A DNA stretch of 64,000 nucleotides from Leucoraja ocellata (GCA_036785375.1 JAWMAR010000148.1:1364001-1428000), one strand, 5' to 3'; positions 1 to 12,799 are shown, counted from the first letter of the stretch. Made by a program: numbers and translations. Notes: generated by a model not told the origin, from the letters alone.

Positions 1-75
1 ATGGTGAATTTCATAATTAGGGTCCACCATCATTGACAGGTGGCTTCCTACATATCGGAAATTCTCCACACAATA
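1..75 (-). mobile_element. RTE-clade LINE fragment (RT C-terminal region)
   Basis: Minus strand reads ENFRYVGSHLSMMVDPNYEIHH, resembling the RTE/BovB F.YLGS.LS....D.EI..R motif; a related fragment lies near 53.5-53.9 kb. Confidence 0.5.
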
Positions 76-189
76 AATATGTAATGTGTTTCCTTGGATT
101 CGCATTTATCAAAAAATTCAACATATGTTTTTTAAATTTAGAATCTCAACAAATCTACATGGAAGGAGAAAATATAAACAAATACATAC

Positions 190-675
190 CATGTTCATTA
201 TTGGTTTTACTTGTCTTTCCCAATATCATTTCTTGCTTAATAACCATTAGCTTTTTCACAATGTAGAACGCTTTTGCTAGATGAGCATCCACCAGCAAGT
301 CTAGCTCTTTCAGGAAGTGTAAGACTTGGTAAAGTAACTGTGGTTTTATCTTAACCCTAACAAGAATGAGTGGATCAACTTTGGTAATCTGATTATTCAG
401 CCTCTGATCACAGGTTGGAAGTGGGTGGAACTCCAAAGTTTTCCCCAAAGCATCTCTCAGAACATAATTGGTCACTTTTACAAGAGATTCACATTGCAGT
501 AGTATTTCTTTTACTTCTGTCATTCTCTGGTAGATGGTCAGCAAACTTTTCTCCTGTTTGTCTTTCCTTGATATTGTGCTCCGTACAAATCGTTTGTGCA
601 GTGGGTATATGTCAGATGAGTTGGTTGTGAAGTATGACAACTTCCAATGAGTGCTTTGAATTTGTTGATCACCAT
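190..675 (-). CDS. Coding exon 3 of an unidentified type II membrane protein gene (candidate CEMIP by synteny); gene continues past the left edge
   Basis: Acceptor tttctgttctttag|AT at 675 and donor CATG|gtatgt at 190. The 486-nt exon is open and phase 1-1, in frame with exon 8644-8996 (CK|DGDQQIQSTHWKLSYF...HKRFVRST...KTNNEH). Confidence 0.65.
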
Positions 676-1049
676 CTAAAGAACAGAAATTAAATATTCA
701 GATTAAAAAAATAAATTACATGGGTTGTAACTCTTAATGAATACTTATACTTGTCTGTTTATTATTATTATTATTATATATTTTAAAATGCAATGAAGAC
801 AGACTGAATTTATGATCACATCTTTGTCAGTATCAAGATGTCCAAAAACACAAAGTCACAGCTCAGTATTTTGTTTTGATGTATATAAGCACCACCATAA
901 TATGCACATAATCTGATTTACGAATTTACCGAAGCATGAATATTGACATGGGGACTGAGCAAATTTTTTATTTCACCTTCAAAATGATACTATAGAACAT
1001 CTCATGTTCACTCGAGGAAGTAGTTGGGGTCCTGGATTAATAATGTTAT

Positions 1050-1385
1050 CAAATTGACAGTACATTAGTTGGACCCCAGCTGGAATACTTTATGCAGTTT
1101 TGGCTGGCACAACTATGGAAAGGTTGCAATTACACTAGCGAGGGGGAAAAAGGATTTTTAACCAGTATGTGGCTGAGGTGGAGTGTTTCAGCTAACAGGA
1201 GAGCCTGGAAAGGCTGAGAATGTTTGCCTCAGTATGAAGAAGACTGGGAAGAGATCCGATTGAGAAACAAAGCTGAGGAGCATAGATTAGATTAGTAAGA
1301 AACGTTTACCCTTGGCAGACTTATACATTACCTGAAGTAAATGTTGGGAACTTTAGAGAGATTTAAGGAAGATTTTTTCTCCACC
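1050..1385 (+). mobile_element. Degenerate CR1 LINE 3' fragment
   Basis: Remnants of the LVRPHLEY..QFW and LERVQ.RFT coding motifs. Confidence 0.6.
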
Positions 1386-1799
1386 ACAGGCCAGTCCCTG
1401 AAGGGGTGTGAGATTGGGTACTCCCACCCTCACCACTGCTTTTGCCCATTATGAAGTGTTAGACAAGAGAACTTAATTTGTTATTAGCATTTTACATTTT
1501 TGACAAGATAATATATTTGACCATCCTTGGTTGCCTTAAGGAGATCAGGTGTCCATCGTGCCGGTGTAGAGTTACAGGGGCCATTGCGTTCCTTCATCAA
1601 AATTATAACAGACCTTCAAAAAGTATCTTGTTAGATACAAGTCATTTAGAACATCCCAGGTGGTGAAGATGTTATAAAATGGAAGCCTTTTGTTTCACTT
1701 TTGAATCACATTTTCCTCTTTTTTGTAACAAAGAAATATGAGAATTTAAGAATTAATGTGTTGGTAGATCACACAGCAGAATTTTGCTTCCTTGTAAAC

Positions 1800-2490
1800 C
1801 ATTAAACAGATTTAAAGGCATTATTGCCCTTTTCACCACCTTATCTATCTTGTTCTCACTTTCAGGCAACTATGTATCTGTGCATCCAGGTCTCTCTGTT
1901 TTACGACTCTCCCCAAGGCCCTGTTTTATACTCCTGTTTTGCTTTAACTTACCAAAAAGCATTAATTCACACTCATTTGAGTTAATTTCCATCTGCCATT
2001 CCTTTACACACTTTCCCATTTGATCTAGATCCGCTATAATCTTAGACAATCTTCTCAGTGTCCATCGCACCACCAATCTTGGTGCCATTCGCAAAGTTAC
2101 CATTTATATTGTTAATGTATATGACAAAACAGGGGATACAGCACCGTTCCTGTGGCACACCATTGGTCACAAGCCTTTCCAATCTGAAAAACAATCCACC
2201 ACTGTCACCATCTGACTCCTTCCACCAAGCTAATTTTGTATGCAATACACCGACTCATTCCTGGATCCCATGTGTTCTCACCTTCCAGTCTGGCCTACCA
2301 TACAGGGCATTGTAAAAAAACAGCTAATGTCCATGTAGTCAACATCTACAGCTCCACCCTTGTCAATTTTCTTGGTAACCTCCCTCAAAACCTCAATCAA
2401 ATTCATGAAACGCAAGTTCCCATGCGTAAAGCCATGTTGACTATCCCTAATTAGTCCTTGCTTTTCCAAATGCAGATAGATCCTGTCTCT
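1800..2490 (-). mobile_element. CR1 LINE reverse transcriptase fragment
   Basis: Minus-strand ORF pieces LIRDSQHGF, VDVDYMD, VTNGVPQ, YINNI..FANGTKIGG and WQMEIN..CE; frameshifted. Confidence 0.85.
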
Positions 2491-2594
2491 CCATGGAAAG
2501 GGGGGGGGGGGGGGTTTATGAAACACATAGTTTCATAAACGTCCTTCAGGAGATGAAATGTGCCAGGATTAGCTGATCTGGGCAATATATGACT

Positions 2595-2757
2595 TCAATC
2601 ACTGCTTGTGGTTGACTCTTAAATGCCACTTGAAACAGCCCAGCAAACCACTAAGTTGATGGTGGTTCATCACCACCTCAATGAGCAATCAAGGAAGGAC
2701 AATAAATGATGGCTTTGCCAACAGGTGCCCAGTCCCCAAAATCAGAATTAAAAAAAA
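2595..2757 (+). mobile_element. Ancient LINE/SINE 3' tail (L2/DeuSINE-like)
   Basis: ggttgactcttaaatgcc...aataaatgatggctttgccaac followed by an A-rich end, a recurrent chondrichthyan repeat tail; family assignment uncertain. Confidence 0.45.
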
Positions 2758-2899
2758 TTACATTGAGGATACAGGAACAAGTTAAGATGTAGTTTGTGTT
2801 TAAACACCAAGAGGCAATCGCCCCAGAATGTATCTTAATTGTTAGGATTATCTTAGGTAGACAATCTTACAACGCATTTGTAGAAATTTGAAGCTGCAC

Positions 2900-3410
2900 T
2901 ACTTTTCATTCTTGCAGCAGTACGAGGCAGGAAAGAGTAATACTGAGTGGATTGTGTGTGACGTGGCTATTGGCTTTGTCCTTCTTGATGGTAGAGTTCA
3001 TAGGTTTGGAAGGCTCTGTTGAGGTAATCCAGGCACGCACCTGCAATGCATTCGAGGGCCACAACACTACACAAATGTTTGGATGTGGTGGAGAGAATAA
3101 ATAGTTAGGTTGGTTGATAAGCAGCAGTCAAGTGGCCTGCTTTGTCCTGGACAGCATCTCAAGTATTGCTAGAATTTCACTCATCCGGGCAATTGGAGAG
3201 CTTTTTATTCTGCTTCAGACGCGCTTTGTTTATGGTGGAAAGAATAAGATGGTGGAAAGCATTAGGGTGCCAAGACCAACCCAGCATTTGGCCTTTTCTT
3301 GCAGCCACAGTACTTGGGTGTCTGGCCCAGCAGATTTTCTAATCAATGGTGACCCCCTAGGATGTTGATGGTGGTAGACTTGGAGAGAGAGAGAGGCAGG
3401 TCAGTGCATT
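2900..3410 (-). mobile_element. L2/Crack-like LINE RT fragment
   Basis: Minus strand encodes a ..AVQDKAGHLT-like motif and ILGGHH; a same-family fragment lies on the plus strand near 19750-19990. Confidence 0.5.
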
Positions 3411-4729
3411 GAGAAAATGTTTCACAAAGTGTACTTGTCAATATACATAGTCTATGATTTGGAGCAAGGGTAAAGATTTGAGAAATCGACTGTGAGGCAG
3501 CAACTGTGAAGTGAAAATTAATAACCATTAAACATAAATTATTTATAAACATATATTGAAATGAGATTTGAATACAAGAACTTCAATTGGCCTTGAATTA
3601 GTGTTTTCTGAGCATTACACAAAAATGTGCCGACAATTATACATGCATGCTTGTCAATGGAGATGAGGCTCATTTTGACTCATTTGTCAATGACGGAGTC
3701 TTACGTGCAGTTCAGTGTGAGTTGAGACATTGAGAACATGCAAGTATTTGCAGGTTTCCTTTTTAGAAAGCCTGAAAGAAAAATGGTGCAGGATTTTGAG
3801 AGGTGGACGCACAAAATAAAATCTAATTCCCAGAGGAGGAGATTGTGAGGTCAATGCTAAAATTACTAATTCATTGGAAAGCTAGTTACCGTGGTAAGTT
3901 GGCACTGGAAGCCTTACAAGTAGAATTATGAAATAGAAAATCATTTTAAATGCTGATGGGAACTGTTTATTGTTTTGGTAGCATTTGAAGATGTAAAACT
4001 CAAATTCTAAGATTAGATAAATGTGTAACAAGGGTGGAGTAATTCATTAGCAGTAAGATTTCAACTTCCATACAGATGCAGTTAAACCCTATCAGGAAGG
4101 AAGTAAATTTCTCAAGGATTATCATGATAGTGGTCAGCAACAAAAACATTCATACAGCTGACAACATAGCTGGATATATTAGTAATGAGCTATGTATCAG
4201 ATTTCATTAACAGCCTGAAAGTGCATGGATATTTATTTAAAAGTAGTTGTATATTCAAGATCAATATAGTAATTAAAATAAAAATAGAAAAAACAGCCAT
4301 GAAGTATTCTAGACTTAGACAAGCCCACTTCAATACTGACACATTGACGGTTTGCAATAAGTTGTAATGGGGGGAAAAAGACAAAGACCAGTATGAAGTA
4401 TTCATAAAGGAATTTAATGGGATAAGTGCCAGTGTAGTTTCCTCAGGAGGAAAGCGTTTCAGTTGGCAACTAATTTGTAGTCTATGACTAAGAGCTTAAC
4501 ATGAAATTAAAAGAAAATGCATCTTTCAATACAAGAACCAACACCCAGAACCTGTCAACTAGGATAGATTGCAAGAACAATAAATGGCCACAGAACAGTA
4601 AAAGCTTGAAAAAACACGAGCAACAATATTTTTTATAACATTAGGAAACGTCAGAAGCAAAGCAGGATTCCTTGAAAACATATTAAAAAAAAAAAAATCA
4701 TGAATATTTTACATCAACATGTATTACAA

Positions 4730-5420
4730 CGAGGATGGCATACTGTCATCAGGACATGGGGTCCAAATGGCAGAATGTAAGTAGATCCAACAGGGATCTA
4801 CGTTGGAACCACAACTACTCCCAAAATGTGTTGATACATGGATGAAGGAGTGGAAAGCCACATCTCCAAATTTTCAGATGTCACAAAAGGTATGTTGCAT
4901 CGGAAAATACCTACGCCACCACAATACACGCCATTAAGGGCGGTTTAGGTAGAAGCAATGAATTGATATTAATAGATTAAGGAAACGAGAAAAATGGCAA
5001 CAAATGGATTGTAATCTTGACAAGGCACATGTTTTTGTACCTAAAATAGTAGAATAGAGTACCTCAAAAATGGTGAAAAGTTAGTAAGTATCAAGAACAC
5101 AAATAGGATAAGGGCCAATCCATTATCCTCAGTAGGAAAGTGTTCTAGAGGCGTCTTACATATCTAAAGAACTATGGTGAAAGAACTATGAGAACTATAG
5201 TGATCTCATTTTATAAGATCATAAAAATAACATGGACAGGAAAGAAATATCAAATAGTGGGTTTGTCTTTACAGCTTTAGAATTAGAATGCACAGGCCTA
5301 TATTTTAAGATATGAGGGCCTAAAAATGTAGGCTGAGGTGGCAAAAGTTGGTTTGTGCAACTAATACTTGATCTAAGTGAATGCTGGACAGGCTTGGAGG
5401 AACTATATGGCCTCCCTTTT
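4730..5420 (+). mobile_element. Highly degenerate CR1 LINE fragment
   Basis: QQGSTLEPQL, HISKFSDVTK (FADD remnant) and the CR1 3' end. Confidence 0.55.
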
Positions 5421-7907
5421 GTATGACTTTGTTATTCCTATTGCTGCTATTCTTTATTCCTTTATGGCTGCTATCTGTGTTGCAATGAAGTCTAAATCAA
5501 CAGAGATTAGACTCTGCAATATAGCTAGTTGCATACTCCATTTTGGAGATCTCGAGCATGCTTGCTACTATGCATTCATTGTGCATCTTCCTTAGATTGC
5601 TTCAGGTGAGCTCTTTCCAACAGAACCTGTTGCTCTTTGCAACAGAACGGTGTTGAACCTCTCCCTCTTAAGTTTTTCTCTTTCCTCTTGGCCCAACTTA
5701 AGCGATGGTTGCTTAATGTCCTATCGTATGTCATTTTTATTTTTCTGCTATCCTCTAAGCATGAAGATGCAATCCAACATTCAAATCCTGATTAATACAG
5801 ATTGTTAGGAGCTGAGTGATCAGACATATGCACTGAGTGGCATATGAGGCAGATGGTGCTCGTTGTAAGAAAATGTACCTGAAGGAGTACATTTGAAACC
5901 AAGGAGCTTCTTCCAACACCACACACAAACTCTTGAGCACACGAACTTCAAGCATGGACCTCCTTAATTCTCTGAGGATATAATGGCATGTCTACTTTCC
6001 ATCTCATCTGTCAAGATCTCCAGTGGAACATCCATGCAATACCTTGCAATGTTAAATAATTCTTCAATGTTCTTAGCTCAAATTCACTTCCTACATATCT
6101 ACCACCTGCCTCAATTAAAAAGCACCTCTCTTGCTTTGTACAACGTAGTCCGATTTCATGTTGCTACTAATATTCATTCCTGTTTTTGTTTCCACTGGAA
6201 TTTGAAATCATGTTGAAGAGGCAACAGGAAGTTGGTGTACTCTGCGTTATAATCAAGCGTTTTGTGTTATTGCATTTGGAATATTAGCATCAGTTTTCAG
6301 CAGTTTTGCATATAGGCAGCTGCATAAGCAGCCTGCTAATCAATATACTAACCAACCCCGTGCAAATAGCTTGAAGATAAATAATGATGCAACAGTTTAT
6401 TTGCTGAAATATTGCCTTTTCATGTGTTGTTATTAATTAGGGTGGGTAACTCTCCGACAGAGACAGCGACTAAAACATTACAATGAGCACATAATGTGCT
6501 CCCAGCTGTTGTAGTACGCCCTTTGGCCTGTGCCCAATACAAAGCAACAAAACAAACTGCTTTTACAAGTTGGGTTTGCATGTCTCTATCAACATTTGGA
6601 AGACACAATAAGAGCACCTAATAATTCCCACAGCTTGAAGGCATTCAGGTGCTTCTGGCTTTCTGGAGGTCAGTGATTTTCCAGTTTAGAGGTCTCTTCA
6701 GGTTAAGACAACTGGTGCCAGGTTGTCACCTGTAGTAGATGGAAATTAAATCAATAGTGCAGTCTTGCATATAATAGCAGGAAGAAAACAATTTAATCTT
6801 ATAGATGGATAATGCATGTTTTTTTCTGGAGCCCACTGAGATGGAATTTCCTCCTAAAAACGTGGAAAAGACTTTTTTAATTTTTTTTTTTTTTTTTTTT
6901 TTTTAAATGGGATAAGACATTCTGCAACATTTTATGAGATTATGTATGATTGGTGCCCTAACTCCATCTACTTGTCTTGATTTTATATCAGTCAATATCC
7001 TGAGCTGGAATTAGAAACCTCAGATTTAAAATTATTAATAGAGATAATGTTTTGTGGGCAAATACTCCACACTTCTATTACTTGCAATAATAAGAACTAC
7101 TTTCCAAGCGGCCTGCCTTCTAGTTAAAACTATTATTCCTTCATCCTTGAACTCCCGACTAGCAGAAAAGGATTTGCTTTGTCCCCCTTAACAATTCCTT
7201 TCCAAATCCTTCAAATCTGGTTCAAATCACCCATTAATCTTTGACTGTACAGGAAATACAAGGCTAGTTTATATAATTTGACATTATAACTTGGAGCAGT
7301 GGCAATATCCTGGGAAATTGTGCAGGACAGATTTACAAGAAATATTCATAACAGCAGCAACTTGTATTTGTATTATATCGTAATGCATCCAAACATTTCA
7401 AATTGTTCAAAGGAACATCATTAAACATTGTGCAGAAATACAAAAGATTGTCCCTACATGGTCTCTGTTGCATAATCTAATTCATTGATATACATTTATT
7501 ACACCAGCACAGATACTTAAGGAACACCAAAGGTTATTTTTCAAAATACGTGTACATATCAATTATTAATAATTTCTGCCTTTTACTTTCTAACTAAATT
7601 TCCACCCAGGTCAATAGCTTCACTTCAGTCTGTGGATTTTTATTATTCCAAAGTTTATTATATTGAACCTTGTTGAAAGCCTTCAAGTGTATAAACTGTT
7701 TCCATAAACAATACGATCTTCTACGTTAAATCCCCCCTTCCCAAAAGAAAATCCAATCAGTCCAGCTGGACTTACCCTGAACTAGATCCCTCTAATCATC
7801 GTGCCCTTCAGCTATTATGCATTATTACATATTTTAACACATCCTGCACAACCTATTATGTTAAAAAAAATCAGATTTTTCTTTAAGTAAATGTTTGTTG
7901 TTTTCCA

Positions 7908-8174
7908 ATCAAAAGAGCACACCCTTGTAACGGACTGTTCGAACTACTTCCCTCCGGCAGACGTTACAAGGCCTTCTACGCCCGAACCTCCAGACTCAGA
8001 AACAGCTTTATTCCCAGAGCTATAGCGGCTCTGATCTGGCCCTGCTGAGTGCCCCCCATCCCCCCTGGACTGTCTCCCTCAGATGGTCACGTCGCACATT
8101 ATTTAATTTTTTTGACATTGGTTGGAAGCTGCATACTAAATCTCGTTGCACTGATGTGCAATGACAATAAAAGA

Positions 8175-8209
<35 letters not shown>
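7908..8209 (+). mobile_element. Rex1/Babar LINE 3' end with (TTA)n tail
   Basis: From 7920 it reads HPCNGLFELLPSGRRYKAFYARTSRLRNSFIPRAIAAL, the typical Rex1 C-terminus, then AATAAA and a (TAT)n microsatellite at 8175-8209. CpGs are retained, so the copy looks young. Confidence 0.85.
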
Positions 8210-8210
<1 letters not shown>

Positions 8211-8643
8211 GGGCTAATTCCTGAACCAAGACAATATGGAATACTACAGCTTTTTTTCTTCAAGAACTGTGGATTTGTAAGTCATTACGTGCCATTATTT
8301 TTCCTGTACCATCTTCTATCTCACTTGAACGTAGTTGATTCCAGTCTTTGATTTTGTTTTATTAGTTTCCTGGGATGCCAAATGTACTCTAATTTTCTAC
8401 TGTCATGTTCTGCCGCTGCTCTATTTTATTTGTAATTTCCCATCCATCTGTGTGTAATGAACCTGTTACCCTTTTTATCTTTTGTCAAGTTTGAAATTTC
8501 TCACAGATCTGAGTCTAGTGTACTATTTACTTTTATTCTTTCCTTTTGGTTTCATGGCACCTCTCACTACTTATGTTCACCATCTTTCCATACCGTATAT
8601 ATATTCCCTTCTATTTTAGTAGTTTTAATGTTGTCTAGCTTAC

Positions 8644-8996
8644 CTTTGCAACTTTTTCCTTGGAATAGCTGTATCATGCCATGCCAGTGAAGTAAACCCA
8701 GTACAGCTACAGCAAAAACGGCAAAATACAGCAGGGGAAGTGCAAATTCTCTTGCTACCTCTGGGCTAGAAAACACTCTCCTCCTTTTCTTTAGTGTATG
8801 ATCCTCAGGCATGAGAAGCCTGGGAGCAGCTTCCAATGCAGGCGAGACATTTTGAAACAGCAACTGCTTTTGATGAGGGCATAAATGAAGGGACTGAGGT
8901 ATTGTACTTTGCGAAAACCTCTTAGCTGTGCAGTTGTCGCAATTGTCTTTGAGGGAAGATTGGAATTTGGGGGTTTCATCTGTTTGCATTTTGAAT
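8644..8996 (-). CDS. Coding exon 2 (cytoplasmic tail plus transmembrane anchor) of the unidentified type II membrane protein gene
   Basis: Acceptor tattgtcattttcag|A at 8996 and donor AAAG|gtaagc at 8644; 353 nt, phase 2-1. Encodes KKRRR followed by hydrophobic FALPLLYFAVFAVAVLGLL. Confidence 0.75.
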
Positions 8997-9414
8997 CTGA
9001 AAATGACAATAAAAAGTCAAAATTAACATGTAACCCACCACAGTGAAATCAATTAGTAATCATCAAATTATCATTGTAAACCAACATCTGTAGTTCCTTG
9101 TGTCCTTGATCACTGTAACCTTGTCTTAAGGATGATTGCGGGAGAGCCACTGGGTGTGGAGATGGTATTGGCGGATGAAAGGACATGGAAGAAGTAATTA
9201 CTGCCTTTGGATAACATCTATACATGGAATATATCAGCCTATCACATTTAAAGCTTCATAAGCCTCTTCCTTGACACCAGATTATTTTAATTTCTCGAAT
9301 CTAAACCTTTTGTTTACGTACGTCTTCTTAAATTACCATCCCATTCATCACTCTTCCTGTTCATTTTCTGCAAGTCTTGTATTTGCTTAAAATTGAAGTT
9401 GGTTGTGTTCATTA

Positions 9415-9691
9415 TTTGGTTTAGAGTTATAGCAATGCCGACCATTGATTACTCGTTCACACTAGTTCTATGTTATCCCACTTTCCCATCCACTCTGCAC
9501 ACCAGGGGAAATTACAGAGGCCAATTAACCTACATACCCACACGCCTTTGGGATGCAGGATGAAATGGGAGCTCCTGGAGGAAACAGTCACAGGGAGAAC
9601 ATGCAAACTCCACACAGACAGTACCCACGGTCAGGATTGAACCCGGGTCCCTGGTGATGCAAGGCAGCAGCGCTTGCAGCTGCACCATTGT
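9415..9691 (-). mobile_element. tRNA-derived V-SINE (HE1-like)
   Basis: B-box gggttcaatcc and V-domain gtgtggagtttgcatgttctccc on the minus strand. Confidence 0.8.
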
Positions 9692-9929
9692 TCTTGTCCT
9701 TTGGCCTGATATTTCTGTCTCCACAGATACCACCCGAACTGCTGCATAACCCAGTCATTAGATAAACATTTACATTTAACCTACCATCCATAGAAATTGT
9801 GAGTAACTATCAAATTAGAAGTGGGAAGCAAGAAAAAGGGCTAGCTTGAAAGATTTGTATGTTTTCTTCCAAATTACTTCCTGAATAAATATATGTATTT
9901 CTGACCTCTGGAACTCCATTCGCTGTTGG

Positions 9930-10320
9930 TCGAGGATGAGGGGAGATCTTATAGAGGTATACAAAATCACGAGAGGAATAGATTGGGTATATGCACAGAG
10001 TCTTTTACCCAGTGTAGGGGAATCGAGGACCAGAGAACATAAGTTCAAGGTCAAGGGGAAAAGATTTAATAGGAACCGAGGGGTAACCTTTTCACACAGA
10101 GGGTGGTGGGTGTATGGAACAAGCTGCCAGAGGAGGTAGTTGAGGCTGGGACTATCCCATCGTTTAAGAAACAGTTGGACAGGGTACATGGATGGGACAG
10201 GTTTGGAACGGTATGGATCAAGCGCAGGCTAGTGGGATTAGGGTAGCTGGGACATTGTTGGCTGGTGTGGGCAAGTTGGGCCGAAGGGCCTGTTTCCATA
10301 CTATTACTCTATGCCTCTAT
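9930..10320 (+). mobile_element. CR1 LINE 3' end
   Basis: MRGDLIEVYKITRGID...F.HR.V..WN.LP motifs and the gggccgaagggcctgtttcc tail. Confidence 0.85.
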
Positions 10321-10739
10321 GGAGGCTGCTCTTTTTAATTAAGGTCAGTTGATTTTCTTAAATCAAAGATCTAAATATGTGCATCTGAATATCTGAATAT
10401 TCGCAATATTCCAGGGAATAAAAGCCACAATTAGTGAAATGAAACAACTTAACAGCACAAAAAATAATTCCTTTCAAACAGTAATTCATTTAAAATTGAA
10501 TCTTTGAATCTCTTTCCAAACCTCACTAATTGAGCCAATCCCGCTTTTGGTTACAAATGAATAGATATTTTTAATATCTGATTATAACTCCAGATTTCGC
10601 AGTTACAAAATATGATTTACATCTGAAAAGCTCTCTGCTCTTCAAAAGTACCACATTCGTTTTTTTTTCCACCGCACTGTACATAGTTAATTATCAGATG
10701 TCAACCCGCCAATTTCCAACACCTACAAATATCACTTAC

Positions 10740-10798
10740 CTTGGTCCAATAAATTCCCTACGGCAGTTACTCTTAATGGTATGGTTTGTGTTTTTCAT
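10740..10798 (-). CDS. First coding exon of the unidentified type II membrane protein gene
   Basis: ATG at 10798 with an in-frame genomic TAG just upstream; reads MKNTNHTIKSNCRREFIGP(R). Consensus donor AAG|gtaagt at 10740 is phase 2, matching the next exon. Confidence 0.65.
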
Positions 10799-11419
10799 CC
10801 AAAAACTGAAGATAAACTATTCTCTCAGTCGTCTTCTCATTCTCCTGCCAAATACTCCGTTAAAGTAATTTTATAACATGCCAAGCAGCGAACTTCAAGC
10901 TGGCTAGCCGTGTCTGAACTTTTCAAATTAGGGCCAGAGAAACATCATTGACATTACGTTTACTCTTCAATAGAAACACACGTCTATTTATTATTTGTGT
11001 AAATCACTACGCACTAGGACCTTCCTGGCAGAATTCTACTGTTTCCAGTAATGTTGCACAGTACTGGAGACTGCCGATCGAGGGTGGGAGTTGTTGGACT
11101 GTCAGTCAACAGAAGTGAGAGGACGGCAGAAAAAGGTCACTTCAACTAAAGTTGGAAGGATTTCTCATCGTTTAAGTAATGGAACAACGCGCAGTTCTAA
11201 TCACATTATTTAAATACATGGAAATAAAAGCAAGGTTAAAAGTTGATTATTTCATTCATTTTTTTTCTCTAAGCAAATATATTTAAAGTTAGATTATCGT
11301 CAATCCAGTGTTCCTTTCCATTTAAAATGATTTTGGTTTTCAATGTATGGGGGAAACACACACACAATGTGAAACTTTGGAATTGATGCTCAGAAATAGT
11401 AGGTGAAATATTTGTATTT

Positions 11420-11830
11420 TACCGCGACATGGTCCCTAGTACCAATCTCGGCTTCTCGCCCGGTCAAACTGATACCTTTCTTTCCTCCGCTTTTGTTGTC
11501 GTTGATTGCAGCTGGAGCCAAAACAAAATCCACGTGGCATGTGACATCACCTGGCAGCGAAACGTTCGGGACAGCGAGCCAAGCACTGGGATCTCAAGCG
11601 CATCCCCAACCTGAAGCGAGAAATAAGCAGGACCACATGCAGAGTACCCGCCTCCAAAGCCGAGCTGGTAACTCGGGGTCGATGTGTGCAGGGAGCCGAG
11701 CTGCAGGCGCCGGCTCCCAGTAGTTCAGGCTGCGATGCGCAGCCTCGTTTCCACAGCCTTGCCTTTGGCTCAGCTCATTGCATCGAGTGTAAACCTCTAA
11801 TGTCGGTAAAATCCTGTACCGAGGGACAAA
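11420..11830. promoter_or_regulatory. CpG island, probable promoter of the downstream minus-strand gene
   Basis: Local CpG and GC enrichment in otherwise CpG-depleted DNA; CACGTG E-box at 11531; inverted repeat AGGCTGCG-ATG-CGCAGCCT at 11727-11745; candidate minus-strand donors at 11476 and 11423. Confidence 0.65.
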
Positions 11831-12029
11831 GACCCAGGAATTACAGTTCGGATATTTGTAGTCACCGGATTATAAACAAAATCAATAATATCGAGAAAGA
11901 GGTTGGCTCAATCACTATAGTAAAATCGTATTAAAGGACATTATTGCTAAACAAATCACTGTTTTAAAAAAAAACATTAAAAAGTGTAACCATTTTCTAG
12001 TAAGTGAATTAGTTGGAAATTAATACAAA

Positions 12030-12146
12030 ACTGCAGCTGCTGTAAGTCCGAAATCGAAACAGAGAAGGCTGAAACACTCAACAGAGGTCGAACTGTACCT
12101 GTGGAAAGAGTAACAGTTAATGTTTCAGGTCAAATACCTTTCACCA
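12030..12146 (-). mobile_element. Degenerate Penelope-derived terminal repeat
   Basis: Minus strand tgaaaggtatttgacctgaaacattaac...cagcagctgcag, related to the hammerhead-bearing repeat family. Confidence 0.45.
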
Positions 12147-12799
12147 TTTATTTTGAGTTGACAGTTTTTCTTGAGGTATTTGAGATACCTGCCACCACGT
12201 GATTGATCATTTGGTCAAGGTTCAATGCCTTTCTGGCAATTGCGTTCATTATTTGAAACAATTATAATTCCAAGTAGAAAACAAAGTATTTTATCAACGT
12301 TTGAGTTGTAATGTATGACAATATGACCTGCTAGTATACAGGCCACACACACACACACACACAAATAAAACAGATAACAAGTTTTTTTTTGGGGGGAATA
12401 TGGGACTCACCTTACCATGACGTTTCAGTATTGACACCAGAACCAGATAGCGACTTGGAGGCGGTACAGATACTGTTCGTTCAATATTATTGACATGTAC
12501 TGCAAACATAAGATGTAACACAAATTATAGCAGAGCTCAGATAGAATTATTAATGCTTTAAAATTTAATGAGCAGGGGATAATTACAAAACAAATTTGGT
12601 GTTTTAAATTATTCAGTCATTTACAGCAGTAAAGCCTTGGCTAATTCAGAATTACCTGAACATCGCAATTCCAACCAGTGTTGCCATATGTATGCTTATT
12701 ACAAATAGACATAATAATAATTCAAATTCAGGATGTTGATTTGTATTCTAGCTGCATCTTATCTGGTTGGTGAACCCAGGGAGAGAAGGGCTGAGTGAA

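Noticed and set aside
155-189. Acceptor-like tract suggesting another exon at 1-154
   Set aside because: The intron would be only 35 nt, all frames close quickly, and the distal part is an RTE remnant.
5755-5990. Possible extra exon (MLEVRVLKSLCVVLEEAPWFQMYSFR, donor CAG|gtacat)
   Set aside because: No convincing acceptor, and the phase 2 end does not fit the phase 1 junction between the flanking exons.
9600-9691. tRNA-like A/B boxes
   Set aside because: This is the head of a V-SINE, not a tRNA gene; no cloverleaf.
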